Positions 47,271-58,116 of a stretch of DNA of 64,000 nucleotides are shown here, one piece after another; within the stretch, counting starts at the first letter, position 1, and the number at the start of each line of letters is the position of its first letter. The notes beneath the pieces were generated by a model. That model was given only the letters and a program-made list of their open reading frames with translations. It was not told the DNA's origin and made no database searches. Where the stretch lies: positions 15,578-79,577 of the forward strand of contig CAXCCF010000002.1 of NCBI GenBank assembly GCA_963981035.1, written 5' to 3'. The DNA is from an uncultured euryarchaeote (GTDB lineage: Archaea > Thermoplasmatota > Poseidoniia > Poseidoniales > Poseidoniaceae). Both the position numbers and the translations under genes were made by a program.

Positions 47271-50036
47271 ATGGCAGTTCTCATCCTCGCTGAAAAACCA
47301 AGTGTCGCTGCTGATGTTGCAAAAGTGCTTGGAGCAAATAATAAACACGAGACTCACTGGCAAGGGAATGACTTAGTTGTCACATGGGCAATCGGTCATT
47401 TGTTGCAATTAAAGTACATGGATGATTATGATGCTGACTTCAAGGACTGGAGAAAAACTGTTGATAGATTACCTTTCATACCTGAAGAATTCAAGTACAA
47501 AGCAATCGGTGGAAGAGGTAAAAAACAGCTCTCTGCAATCGTAAAATTGATCAAAGATAAGAGCGTAACTGAAATTGTTAACGTTTGTGACGCTGCTAGA
47601 GAAGGTGAACTAATTTTCAGAACTATAGTAGCACATAGCAAGTCAAAAGTTCCTACAAGCAGAATGTGGTTACAATCGATGACGCATGACTCCATTCAAA
47701 ATGCATGGGATACAAGAAAACCAGGTGATGAATATAGCGCACTAAGAGATGCTGCATATTCCCGCAGTGAAGCCGATTGGATTATTGGTATGAACGGTTC
47801 AAGAATCGCAAACTCATTCCTTCCTAAGAAGCGAACCGAAAAAGGGGCGATTTCACTTGGTAGAGTTCAAACCGCAACATTGGCGATGATAGTGGACCAT
47901 GAGTTAGAGATTTTAGCACATCAAGCAATGCCATACTGGCAATTGGAGGCAAAGTTTAGTTCTGGAGATGCATCATGGAGTGCTAGATGGGAAAGAACTG
48001 GGCACAAAGATGATGAAGATAGACCAGAGTACAAATCACACCGAATAATAGAGGCTTCGGAAAAAGAAAAACTTGAAGCAATACTATCTTCAAATGCTAA
48101 AGCAGATGTAACTCAAAGCAACAGAGATTCAATTGAAAAACCTCCGCTAAATTTTGACTTAACCGCACTACAAAGAGAGGCAAATAATATCTGGTCATGG
48201 TCTGCTAAGAGAACATTAGGCGTGGCTCAAGATTTGTATGACACCTACAAATTGACAACATATCCACGTACCGATTCTCGACATTTACCAGAGGATATGT
48301 TTGAAGAAATTACCAAAACAATCCGTCAATTAGCGGCTCAGGATAACTATAATTCACACGCATTACAAATCGTTGATTCTAAGAATACAGGCGGTTCTGG
48401 AATGAATAATACAAAGCGTAATTTTAATGATGCGAAAGTCAGTGATCACTTTGCCGTTATTCCGACTGGAAAAATTCCTGATGGACTCAGCGGTGACCAT
48501 GCTAAATTGTATGATTTAATCGTACGAACATTCCTTGCATCATGGTATCCTGAGGCGACTTGGGATGTGCAAAAGAGAATCGCTACAATTGAAAAGGAAA
48601 ATTTCATCAAAGAATCTCGATGTATTAAAATTCCTGGATGGAGAAGTGTAAAGCCGAAAAAGCAATCACTGCCTGAAGGTTGGAATTCATTACCGTCAAA
48701 CCCTTGCAAAGCAGACGTTACTGAATCAGAATTTAAGGAAGAAAAATCTAAGCCAAAAAATCGACTGAAGGAAGCTGGATTATTGAGGCTAATGGAACAT
48801 GCTGGTAAACAAATCGATGATGATGAATTAGCAGCTGCTATCAAGGATAAGGGTCTAGGAACTCCTGCGACAAGAGCAGATACTATTGAAAAATTGATTA
48901 CTAGAGGGTACATTATTAGATCACGTAATGGTTCAATTAGTGCAGCAGCACATGGAATTAGAATTATTGATGTATTGAGAAGAATCCCAGTTGATTGGAT
49001 TACTTCAGCGGAATTAACTGGAGAAATGGAATCTTCACTACTAAATGTACAGCGTGGAGAAGAACCTCGTGAAAAATATATGCAGAGTATTATCGAAAAA
49101 ACAACTTCCATGGTAAATTTGATTCGAGACCACGATCGTGTTGAATTATACGCTAAAGAACCATCCTTAGGAAATTGCCCACAATGTGACAATGAAATAA
49201 AAGAGACTACACTCTCCTACCAATGTACCGAAAATCTCGGACGAGATAAGGGGTGTTCTTTCGTATTATGGAAGGATACTTCAGGCCGTTGGTTTGATAG
49301 AATTACAGCGTCAAGGTTAATTGAAAACAGAGCAATAAGCGACTTACACGGTTTCTTCAACCGTAGTGGAGAAGGTTATGAAGCAACAATTACACTTGAT
49401 GATGAAGGAAAGGTAATCTTGGCAGGAGGAGGAGAATCAACCAGCAAATCAAGTGATGAGGAATTATGCCCATGTCCTGCCTGCGATCATGGAGTAATTC
49501 GTATTGGAACTAATGTATACGCCTGCGATTATGATGATTGTAAGTTTAGAGGAGTTTCTAGGGAGATGTGTAAGAGAGCAATTACTCCAGAGGAAGCAAA
49601 AACAATTCTAAATGACGGAAAGTCGCCACTGTTGGAAGATTTCACTTCAAAACGAGGACGTCCATTCAGTGCATATCTAGTTAGAACTGGCAACAAGATT
49701 GGATTTGAATTTCCTCCTCGTGCTGCACCTGCAGATGCAACTAAGTTCCCTATTGTTGAAGGAGTGGTCGCAATTTGTCCAATTCATAAGGTAAATATTG
49801 TTGAAACTGAAACTACTTACCAACCACAAGAGGATGGCACAGAGTGCAAAATACAACTAATGAGGGAAATTTCAAAGAGAGAAATTACCCGTGAAGAAGC
49901 AAAACAATTGATCGAAAATAAATCACTCGGACCATTTGATGATTTCACCTCAAAGAAAACTCAGCGACCTTTCAGTTCATCACTTTACTTGAAAAAGAAT
50001 GAATCTGTTGGATACAAGTTCGCTAAGAAAAGCTAA
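47271..50036 (+). CDS. topB: Type IA DNA topoisomerase, bacterial TopB (topo III)-like, with C-terminal Zn-ribbon repeats
   Basis: AEKPSVA, TWAIGHL, DAAREGELIF, SLGRVQT, TYPRTDS, GLGTPATRA; C-terminal repeats F.SK.GRPF.A.L. Confidence 0.88.
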   Translation: MAVLILAEKPSVAADVAKVLGANNKHETHWQGNDLVVTWAIGHLLQLKYMDDYDADFKDWRKTVDRLPFIPEEFKYKAIGGRGKKQLSAIVKLIKDKSVTEIVNVCDAAREGELIFRTIVAHSKSKVPTSRMWLQSMTHDSIQNAWDTRKPGDEYSALRDAAYSRSEADWIIGMNGSRIANSFLPKKRTEKGAISLGRVQTATLAMIVDHELEILAHQAMPYWQLEAKFSSGDASWSARWERTGHKDDEDRPEYKSHRIIEASEKEKLEAILSSNAKADVTQSNRDSIEKPPLNFDLTALQREANNIWSWSAKRTLGVAQDLYDTYKLTTYPRTDSRHLPEDMFEEITKTIRQLAAQDNYNSHALQIVDSKNTGGSGMNNTKRNFNDAKVSDHFAVIPTGKIPDGLSGDHAKLYDLIVRTFLASWYPEATWDVQKRIATIEKENFIKESRCIKIPGWRSVKPKKQSLPEGWNSLPSNPCKADVTESEFKEEKSKPKNRLKEAGLLRLMEHAGKQIDDDELAAAIKDKGLGTPATRADTIEKLITRGYIIRSRNGSISAAAHGIRIIDVLRRIPVDWITSAELTGEMESSLLNVQRGEEPREKYMQSIIEKTTSMVNLIRDHDRVELYAKEPSLGNCPQCDNEIKETTLSYQCTENLGRDKGCSFVLWKDTSGRWFDRITASRLIENRAISDLHGFFNRSGEGYEATITLDDEGKVILAGGGESTSKSSDEELCPCPACDHGVIRIGTNVYACDYDDCKFRGVSREMCKRAITPEEAKTILNDGKSPLLEDFTSKRGRPFSAYLVRTGNKIGFEFPPRAAPADATKFPIVEGVVAICPIHKVNIVETETTYQPQEDGTECKIQLMREISKREITREEAKQLIENKSLGPFDDFTSKKTQRPFSSSLYLKKNESVGYKFAKKS

Positions 50037-50108
50037 TACTTGATATTCATCTATTATTCTCACATTTTATGAGAAGGTTGATTGCTCATCGGTTGCGGTT
50101 GCTGAATA

Positions 50109-51323
50109 ATGACACAGCAGATATGGGATGTAGTCATCGTTGGCGCTGGCCCAATAGGTGGTCGTTGTGCAACATTATTGTCTGAAAGAGGCCATTCTGT
50201 ATTGCTATTAGAAGAACACAGTGAAGTGGGCCGGCCATTCCAATGTGCTGGATTAGTAAATCCACGGGCAATGGAATCAGTTTCTCTAGAAGAAACAATT
50301 CTTCAAGAAATTGATGGCGCACTAATTCATGGTCCAAGTGGGACAATGGTACCAGTTGGTGAGGAAAATAATCCTCGCACATTTGTTGTTTGTCGCAAGA
50401 GATTTGATCAAGGTGTTGTACAGCAATCATTGCAAGCAGGGGCAACATTATGGCTCAATTCAAAACCAATTAATGCCTCTACTGATGACTCAGGAGTTCA
50501 ATTGACAGTCGACAATGATGGTGATATTTCCGAGATAAACTGTAAGTTATTACTCGGTTGCGATGGTGCCCACTCCTGGACGAGAAGATATTTCAAAATG
50601 GGTAAACCGAAGGAATTGATGATAGGTTTTCAAGCCGAAGTGGTTGGATATCAAAGCGATAATAGATGGCTGGAAATGTATAGTGGCTCAAAAGTCGCTC
50701 CCGGATTTTTTGCTTGGGTGATTCCATCTGGATTTGATACACATCGTATTGGAATATGGTCAACTGCAGGTCACCTTGATGGACGTTCAGTAGAACAATG
50801 CTATCATGATTTAATCAATCACCCCCTCTGGGTTGAAAGGTTTAGTGGTGTTAAGGAGACTGCTAGATATTGTGGCCCTATTCCATGTGGAATGGTAAAG
50901 AGCCCAGTGAAAAATAGAGTAATGCTAATCGGTGATGCTGCTGGCATGTCAAAACCAACAACTGGTGGTGGGATAGGACCTGGTTTCAAGCAAATTGAAC
51001 TGGTAATTGATGCACTTTCAACAGCAATTGATGAAAATAGATTATCAAAAAATCATTTACATAAAATCACATCAAAACACTGGTCTGATATGAAAAGAAG
51101 CCAAGATAAAGCTAGAGCGCTAAGAGATTTACTGGTAAGTAACTGCACCGATGATGAATTGGATAAGCACTTTGAAAATTTTTCAAAACCAGAGGTATTG
51201 GAATTGATAAATTCTATAGGCGATATCGAAAAACCAGTACCATTGGGAATGGCACTGTTGAAAAAGGTACCCGCCTTCCGCAAACTTGCACTAAAGGCTG
51301 GCGTTAAGCTATTATTCACATGA
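50109..51323 (+). CDS. Geranylgeranyl reductase family flavoprotein
   Basis: VGAGPIG, QCAG, R..FD, GCDG, APGFFAWVIP, GDAAG..KPTTGGGI. Confidence 0.88.
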   Translation: MTQQIWDVVIVGAGPIGGRCATLLSERGHSVLLLEEHSEVGRPFQCAGLVNPRAMESVSLEETILQEIDGALIHGPSGTMVPVGEENNPRTFVVCRKRFDQGVVQQSLQAGATLWLNSKPINASTDDSGVQLTVDNDGDISEINCKLLLGCDGAHSWTRRYFKMGKPKELMIGFQAEVVGYQSDNRWLEMYSGSKVAPGFFAWVIPSGFDTHRIGIWSTAGHLDGRSVEQCYHDLINHPLWVERFSGVKETARYCGPIPCGMVKSPVKNRVMLIGDAAGMSKPTTGGGIGPGFKQIELVIDALSTAIDENRLSKNHLHKITSKHWSDMKRSQDKARALRDLLVSNCTDDELDKHFENFSKPEVLELINSIGDIEKPVPLGMALLKKVPAFRKLALKAGVKLLFT

Positions 51324-51332
51324 GGGGATTGA

Positions 51333-52475
51333 ATGGGAACTTTAGAAGTACAACATTTGGTCAAATACCCTCCATTTGATGCACACCGTCTGGTAGCATC
51401 CGAATTACCGATTTCAAGAAATAGTGAAATTATTTCTGAGGATATTGACGAAGAAAAAGCTCTGGAAATGGTTGCAAAATTAATTCCAAGTTTTAAAATC
51501 GGTGAGAAAACTGATTGGTTGGTGGAAAGAAGGTACTTATTTGATGGAACTACTATCAAAAATGAAACCTATGAATATGGGGTCTGTGATGAATCGGAAT
51601 GGCCACTTGTCGTTGAAAAACAACGAACTGGATGGTATTTGACTCCGCACCCAATCCATGCAACTGCTAGAAAATTCATTAATGGAGTCGTATATATCCT
51701 ACTTCTTTCATTACTCTACTTATTCATTGAACCGATACTTTCCTTTGTCGGAATTCCTGGAATTGGAACAGGAACTGTACGTGTTGGATTACTAGATTAT
51801 CCACTGTTAGCATTAATTGTTGGTCCATTATTCTTCATACCTCTTTTGTTAAGAGTCACAGCAAACTTTAGTGATTTACGAAGACAAAAATTATTTTTGC
51901 GAAATCCACCAACAAACCCTGATATTGAAATAATTGGGGAGGCTGTAGCCGATCAAGATTTGAAGTTGAAAGTTAACTTTAAGGAAAACAAAGACAATTG
52001 GAATAAGATTTCAGTTTATTGGAGAGTGGGTTCCTTGCCACCAGCAAGAGATGCCGTATTTGCTGCATTAAATCGCACCATTAACGGACAACCACCACCA
52101 GGCTTGACTACAAAATTACCTCATCATTGGGAAGTTGGTCTTGATGACGGGACTGGTGCAGGGGAAGATGCCCCAATGCAGAGGCAAGAGGTTGCTGGCG
52201 GCTTATTTATCAGGCCGATGCGAGTGATGCAATCTGGTGGTAAAGTCGAATATAGTGAAGATGAAATGACCCTAAAAAACCCTACAAATGAATGGCCTGG
52301 TACAACGATTAGCCCACTTGTAAAAATTCATTGGGAAATAATTATCCACATTGAGAGAGAAAATGAAGGTCCTCTATTATGGGTCGAACCCCTAAGAGTA
52401 AAACATTCATCAACTCATGTAGAACAAAAAACTTTGATGGTAAACGACGGAAGAACTGAATCTGAAATAAATTAA
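51333..52475 (+). CDS. Hypothetical membrane protein (2 TM helices plus beta-rich C-terminal domain)
   Basis: 380-aa ORF 9 nt after the GGR stop. Confidence 0.65.
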   Translation: MGTLEVQHLVKYPPFDAHRLVASELPISRNSEIISEDIDEEKALEMVAKLIPSFKIGEKTDWLVERRYLFDGTTIKNETYEYGVCDESEWPLVVEKQRTGWYLTPHPIHATARKFINGVVYILLLSLLYLFIEPILSFVGIPGIGTGTVRVGLLDYPLLALIVGPLFFIPLLLRVTANFSDLRRQKLFLRNPPTNPDIEIIGEAVADQDLKLKVNFKENKDNWNKISVYWRVGSLPPARDAVFAALNRTINGQPPPGLTTKLPHHWEVGLDDGTGAGEDAPMQRQEVAGGLFIRPMRVMQSGGKVEYSEDEMTLKNPTNEWPGTTISPLVKIHWEIIIHIERENEGPLLWVEPLRVKHSSTHVEQKTLMVNDGRTESEIN

Positions 52476-52519
52476 TTTTATGCAACACATTCAAGGGTTG
52501 CCCCAACCCATGCAAAATT

Positions 52520-55500
52520 ATGGGCAATCAGCGTACTTCTGCTGTAATATTGATTTTCGTGATGTTGAGCGCTGGTTGTTTCGGTGCTGCTGATGAAGTT
52601 GTCAAAGAAGAGATTACTCCTGTTGCGAAGGAATTCGAACTAAATGCTCAATTCATTGAACTGCCAAACAATGCGACATTGGGTGAAATAGTAAGTCTTC
52701 AAATCACAGTTCAAAGTCAAGGTGATGCAAAAACAGCATGGCAGGCTTCTGTATCAATTTATCCCAATACTGAATTTGCGATTACAGTATCGAAGGACCT
52801 TGTGAACATTGTTTTCATGCCTAGTGAAGTTGTAAACTACAATGTTGCTGTGACATTTGAGGCTGCTGATACCGATGCTACGATTATTGATGGTCCTATT
52901 ATTATTGATAAAATAATACAAGTGAGCCCGCCTGTAGAAGGGGCACCAATATTGAATTCTCCTTCCCTAATATTGCTAGAGGATTCAGGATTAACATGGG
53001 TCTCAGGAACAATCTCTCATGACAACTTGGACAGTTGTTCATTAGATTACACCAGTGAAGAAGAACAAGGGCAAGTAGATGTGAAATCAGATGGTTCTTG
53101 GAAATTACTTACTGAACTATACGAAGGAGTAACTGATATTACAATCACTTTTGTTGCAACATGTGGACAATGGTCAATACTAACAGACACTTCAACTACC
53201 ACCATTATCGTTGAAAATGCGGGTATTGATGCAGATGGTGATGGAATAAGCGACGATAATGATAATTGCCCTAATGGAATTGGTGAAGCGGAAGGATGGA
53301 TTTCTTCGACTGCAGATGATATGGATTCAGATGGATGTAGGGATAGAGATGAAGACGATGATGATGATGGCGATGGCATACTAGATGTCAATGATAACTG
53401 CCCTGATTCTGTAGGCTGGAAGAGTACCGTAGATGCAGATTATGATCAAGATGGTTGTCATGATGAATCACATGATGATGATGATGATGGTGATGGAGTT
53501 GACGATTTGGTCGATTCTTGCCCAATGGGACTAACAGGTTGGATTTCTAATCTATACAGTGATTGGGATGGTGATGGTTGCTCGGATTTAGATGAAGATG
53601 ATGATGATGATAATGATCAAAGAAATGATTCAGTTGATTCATGTCCAAAGGGTTTGACATCTTGGATTGGTGATGAATTCAATGATTTTGATGATGACGG
53701 GTGCTTCGATACATCTGAAGATGATGACGATGACAATGACGGTGTAAATGATTACAATTCAACAGGTGCTACATTAGACCAATGTCCACGAACTCCGAAA
53801 TCAGGTATTGATGTAGATGAGAATGGCTGTGCTTCTATTGAACGTGATAGTGATTCCGATGGTGTTCTTGATTTCTATGATATGTGTGAGGGGACTCCAG
53901 CAAATATTGTGGTTAATGGAGTCGGATGTGCAGATATCGATAATGACGGTGTTTTCTCAAATGTAGATATCTGCCCTAATACTCCTCAGCGTTGGACTGC
54001 AAATAGTTCTGGTTGCGCTGTTCTTCAACAACCGATCGCTTGGACTTCGACAACATCATTAAGCGGACCAATGCAGGCAGTACCCCATTTCAGCATGCCA
54101 ACTCTTGATGGAACATTCTATTTTGAGCAACAATGGACTGGAGAAGATGTATACTTATTTATGTTCAAATATACAAATGGCGATGGTAGTTCAAATTCAG
54201 CCACATGGGCCCAAAGCCCTGGAAAGTTAATTCGCGCTCTTCCAGATAATACTCACTTGTTTTATGGATCATTTGACTCAACATTCCACAATGATGTCAC
54301 TCAAAGAAAATCTGCTGTTCTCGCTGCATTAAATCCTTCAGAGGAAACAAAATGGGAAGATAGAATCCACTATATTGACCAACGTGCAAGTAGTATTGGC
54401 GGTGGACTAGGACAAATGATTGGTTCATTCAACAATCCATTATACATGGGAATTGACCGATTCCAACTTTCTCGTGAAGTGGGGTCGTTCTATGACTGGC
54501 CAACCCAATCAAATGACCCAAGCCATGTAGCATTTGAACCAGTTCAGTGGAATGTTGAATTTCCAACTAAGGTTAGGGAATTAGACCCAAGTGTTGAAGT
54601 TATTACAATAATGGATTTCCAAAATCACGCAGGAGGATGGAGTGGAGGATTCAGTAGCTTCTCAAACGCAACATTTGACTTAACAAACAATATCAGTTAT
54701 TACGACACATTGGAAGTATTCCATGAACACGCTTGCCCTGATAGAGAAAATAGACACAGTAATTCCGATGGAAGTTATGGTGGATGTCATGAATGGGATT
54801 ATCTGGCAAATCTATACATCTGTAATGCTCAAAATAATTCACAATGTAGTACTGAAATAATGCGATGGATTACAACATATGGGAGAGAAGGGATGTGGTT
54901 AACAGATATTTCTCCATATTTGTTTATGATAGATGATGGCGAGGATAGAAGATTCAAGTATGGCGGTGCGAATAAAGGTGATTTGACTGTGAAATTCCTC
55001 TTTAGCAATTGGGGTAGTGGTGAACGCTCATATGAAGCTGATTACGCATTCTCGGGAGGTCAATTCGATGGGACATACAACAATGAATCCAAGTATAATA
55101 GACAAATGAATTTCACTGTCCCGTCATGGGCCACAAAGGTATCTTTGGTCGCTACAATTACAGGACATGGTTTCAACAAGGATGCTGCTAATTGTGCTGA
55201 ATTTTGCGATCATGAACATCACTATTACATGAATGGAAGTCATACCTATGAATGGCATCCAGTTGTTCATAATCAGGCCAATGGGTGTAAGGTTGAGATT
55301 GCAAATGGTGTTGTGGCAAATCAATATGGTTCTTGGCCATATGGTAGAGCAGGATGGTGTGCAGGACAGGATGTAAAACAATGGACATACGATATTACAT
55401 CATGGAGCGATATGGATGGTGGGAATAATCACTTAACTTACAAGGGATTGTATAACGGGCAAGAATATACTCCAAGTGAGAATATTGGAAATGGACAGCG

Positions 55501-55552
55501 GCAAATAAGGGCCGTCGTCTATGTAGTGTATACTGGACCAACTAGTGTTTGA
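52520..55552 (+). CDS. Lipoprotein with TSP3-like Ca-binding repeats and a peptide-N-glycosidase F-like domain
   Basis: Lipobox LSAGC; D.D.DG..D..D.CP repeats; EWDY, EIMRWITTYG, ITGHG, CAEFC, RAGWC. Confidence 0.82.
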   Translation: MGNQRTSAVILIFVMLSAGCFGAADEVVKEEITPVAKEFELNAQFIELPNNATLGEIVSLQITVQSQGDAKTAWQASVSIYPNTEFAITVSKDLVNIVFMPSEVVNYNVAVTFEAADTDATIIDGPIIIDKIIQVSPPVEGAPILNSPSLILLEDSGLTWVSGTISHDNLDSCSLDYTSEEEQGQVDVKSDGSWKLLTELYEGVTDITITFVATCGQWSILTDTSTTTIIVENAGIDADGDGISDDNDNCPNGIGEAEGWISSTADDMDSDGCRDRDEDDDDDGDGILDVNDNCPDSVGWKSTVDADYDQDGCHDESHDDDDDGDGVDDLVDSCPMGLTGWISNLYSDWDGDGCSDLDEDDDDDNDQRNDSVDSCPKGLTSWIGDEFNDFDDDGCFDTSEDDDDDNDGVNDYNSTGATLDQCPRTPKSGIDVDENGCASIERDSDSDGVLDFYDMCEGTPANIVVNGVGCADIDNDGVFSNVDICPNTPQRWTANSSGCAVLQQPIAWTSTTSLSGPMQAVPHFSMPTLDGTFYFEQQWTGEDVYLFMFKYTNGDGSSNSATWAQSPGKLIRALPDNTHLFYGSFDSTFHNDVTQRKSAVLAALNPSEETKWEDRIHYIDQRASSIGGGLGQMIGSFNNPLYMGIDRFQLSREVGSFYDWPTQSNDPSHVAFEPVQWNVEFPTKVRELDPSVEVITIMDFQNHAGGWSGGFSSFSNATFDLTNNISYYDTLEVFHEHACPDRENRHSNSDGSYGGCHEWDYLANLYICNAQNNSQCSTEIMRWITTYGREGMWLTDISPYLFMIDDGEDRRFKYGGANKGDLTVKFLFSNWGSGERSYEADYAFSGGQFDGTYNNESKYNRQMNFTVPSWATKVSLVATITGHGFNKDAANCAEFCDHEHHYYMNGSHTYEWHPVVHNQANGCKVEIANGVVANQYGSWPYGRAGWCAGQDVKQWTYDITSWSDMDGGNNHLTYKGLYNGQEYTPSENIGNGQRQIRAVVYVVYTGPTSV

Positions 55553-56734
55553 TCACTGAATAGGCGTTGGGGCCTTCATCGAGGAAACCTCTGCTGCAAC
55601 TATCTCAGTTGGAAGAATATTGTAGTCTGAATCTCTTCTTTTGGGTCTAAATCCAGCCCTTAATATTACATCTTGTAATTCTTCTTCACTCGCGCTCAGT
55701 TTTGTCGTACCGGATGCAGAGACAACATTCTCTTCCATCATTGTAGAACCGATGTCATTTGCACCACCTAGCAGTGCCATTTGAGCAACTGAAATACCCA
55801 TCGTTGGCCAAGATGATTGAATATTTTCAATATTGTCAAAAAATAACCTTGAAACTGCAACATGGCGAAGATATTCACTTGAACCAGCACCCAATTCAAA
55901 TTTATTTTGACCTCTATTTCTTCGACCAAAACTGTTGACTTCTAATTGAACCGGCCATGCAATGAAGGATGTAAACCCAATGCTATATTTTTCCAATGAA
56001 TGGTCTTGGAGTTGGCGTAATTTCCTCATATGCTCTACTCTTTCAGCCGCTCCTTCACCAAAACCGAATACATTTGTAGCGCTAGTTGTAAGTCCGAGTG
56101 ATTGTGCTTCTTGCATTACTTTTAGCCAATTCTCAGGAAGTCCCTTTTTGGGTGAAACATCTTTTCTCACCGATTCTACGAGCATTTCAGCACCTCCACC
56201 AGGTAGACCATGCATACCGGCTGATTGGAAATTTTGTAAGACCTCAAGCGTAGATAAGCCACTAACTTCTGCAATGCCCTCAATTTCAATAGGCGAAAAG
56301 CAATCGAGAGCGATTGTAGGATGGTGTTTTACTAAATCCGAGATTAGTTCTTGATACCAACTGATTGGCAACTCTGGGTTTACCCCACCCTGCATCAATA
56401 TTCTGCTGCCACCAATCTGTTCCAATTCCAACACTCTTGCACTAATTTCCTCAAATGTTTGTGTATAAGTTTCGGGATGGTTTGGTGGGCGGTAAAATGA
56501 ACAAAACTGGCAATTAATTGTACAGATATTTGTATAATTGATATTTCTATCTATGAGATAAGTTACTGTTCCTTCCGGATGCATTGATTTTCTTCTCTCC
56601 ATTGCAGCTGCCATTATTTGGTGCAAAGGGGCATTGTCATACAATTCAATTGCCTGTTGAGGTGTCAACCTATTTTCCGCTTTGTTATTAGATGACCAAG
56701 CGGCCTGTTGCTGTAAAATTTGAACCCAATCCAA
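55553..56734 (-). CDS. mqnC: Cyclic dehypoxanthine futalosine synthase (radical SAM)
   Basis: DRNINYTNICTINCQFC, LMQGG..P, LPGGGAEML, GFTSFIAW, GANDIGSTMMEENVVS; TTG 56734 follows SD AGGTGG. Confidence 0.82.
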   Translation of the reverse strand: MDWVQILQQQAAWSSNNKAENRLTPQQAIELYDNAPLHQIMAAAMERRKSMHPEGTVTYLIDRNINYTNICTINCQFCSFYRPPNHPETYTQTFEEISARVLELEQIGGSRILMQGGVNPELPISWYQELISDLVKHHPTIALDCFSPIEIEGIAEVSGLSTLEVLQNFQSAGMHGLPGGGAEMLVESVRKDVSPKKGLPENWLKVMQEAQSLGLTTSATNVFGFGEGAAERVEHMRKLRQLQDHSLEKYSIGFTSFIAWPVQLEVNSFGRRNRGQNKFELGAGSSEYLRHVAVSRLFFDNIENIQSSWPTMGISVAQMALLGGANDIGSTMMEENVVSASGTTKLSASEEELQDVILRAGFRPKRRDSDYNILPTEIVAAEVSSMKAPTPIQ

Positions 56735-56742
56735 AGGACCAC

Positions 56743-58116
56743 CTACTGGAAATCTTTTCCGATGATTGCTTCCAAATCTGAAATAGTCTTTGGACAATCC
56801 TTAGTTAATACATCAGGGCCATTGGATGTAACAAGAATATCATCCTCAATACGAATACCAATATTTGCATATCTTTCTGGGCAATCCACATCTGGCCTCC
56901 ATGCACCAAAGTAAAGACCCGGCTCAACAGTTAAGCACATTCCCTCTTCAAGCAAACGAGGTTCTCCATTTGGTTTGTAAATACCAACATCATGCACATC
57001 TAAACCTATCCAATGGCCTGTATTATGCATGTACCATCTTCTAAGTTGACCTCCCTCAATGTCAAGAGCTTCATCTAATTCTTGTGTAATTACACCTAAT
57101 TCAATAAGACCTTCTGCAAGAACTCTCCTTGCAGCCTCATGTGGTGCATTGTAGGGTCTGCCGACTCTACACTCATCGATAGCAGCCAATTGAGCATCTA
57201 ATACAAGTTGGTATATTTCCTTCTGTGCTTCAGTAAACTTTCCGTTGATTGGCCAAGAACGAGTGATATCTGCTGCATAACCATTGTATTCTGCACCAGC
57301 ATCAATCAAGATAATCTCTCCATCTTCGCAAGTGTCATCATTGACTGTATAGTGCAATATCGTGGCGTTATCTCCACATCCAACGATTGAGGGGTAAGCC
57401 CAACCACTCGTTCCAGCATAAGAAAAGAATCCCTCTATCACTGATTGTAATTGATATTCCTTTCTTCCTACTGCAGAATGACGCATTGATATTTCATGAG
57501 CGACTGAACTAATTTGTGAAACATGACGCATTTGAGCAATTTCTGCTGCTGACTTTCTCAATCTCAATTCTGCAATTTTCGCTGAAGGGTCTTCAATTGA
57601 GATTGGCCCATTGCCAAATTGTTGCCGGGCTCTATCTCTTTTTTCAATGCCATCTTTGACCATAGAATCAATGTTAGAATTAACTCCACTTCTAACCAGT
57701 ACGCGATTTGCATCACCAATCATTTCTGTAATGATCGTGGACATTTCTTCAACCGAATGTGCTGCATCAATTGCCCACCCATTTAGAGCACCATCAACAC
57801 CTTCTCTTCTTCCTTCCCATATCTCCTTGAGAGTATCCTTAGGCTGTACAAATAGTGTAACAATCCATGATGTGCCATCATGATGAGCAGTCATTATTGA
57901 TTCTGGGTCTTTCCAACCAGATAAGTAAAGCATGTCACTACTAGTTCTGAAGGGATAATGAACGTCATTTGAGCGAGTTGATTCTGGATTTGGGCAAACA
58001 ATTAGTAGGTCATCTGGACGTAATTGAGATAGTAGTCTATTTTGCCTTGAGCGATATTCAGCGATGCTAATGGCTTCAGGTTCATCGCCAATTCGCGCTA
58101 AGGCCGCCTCGAACAT
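56743..58116 (-). CDS. pepP: Xaa-Pro aminopeptidase (M24B)
   Basis: RSNDVHYPFR..SD..YLSG, LHY, IDAGAE..GYAADITR, H.TGHWIGLDVHD, TVEPGLY, GIRIEDD. Confidence 0.93.
   Translation of the reverse strand: MFEAALARIGDEPEAISIAEYRSRQNRLLSQLRPDDLLIVCPNPESTRSNDVHYPFRTSSDMLYLSGWKDPESIMTAHHDGTSWIVTLFVQPKDTLKEIWEGRREGVDGALNGWAIDAAHSVEEMSTIITEMIGDANRVLVRSGVNSNIDSMVKDGIEKRDRARQQFGNGPISIEDPSAKIAELRLRKSAAEIAQMRHVSQISSVAHEISMRHSAVGRKEYQLQSVIEGFFSYAGTSGWAYPSIVGCGDNATILHYTVNDDTCEDGEIILIDAGAEYNGYAADITRSWPINGKFTEAQKEIYQLVLDAQLAAIDECRVGRPYNAPHEAARRVLAEGLIELGVITQELDEALDIEGGQLRRWYMHNTGHWIGLDVHDVGIYKPNGEPRLLEEGMCLTVEPGLYFGAWRPDVDCPERYANIGIRIEDDILVTSNGPDVLTKDCPKTISDLEAIIGKDFQ

Noticed and set aside
53230..54000. Repetitive gatgatgat-rich DNA (also 59800-62700) as CRISPR or tandem repeat
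   Set aside because: Protein-level Asp-rich Ca-binding repeats; no identical DNA repeats with spacers and no cas genes
56735..56797. 55-nt overlap between mqnC and pepP
   Set aside because: It disappears if the SD-preceded TTG at 56734 is the mqnC start
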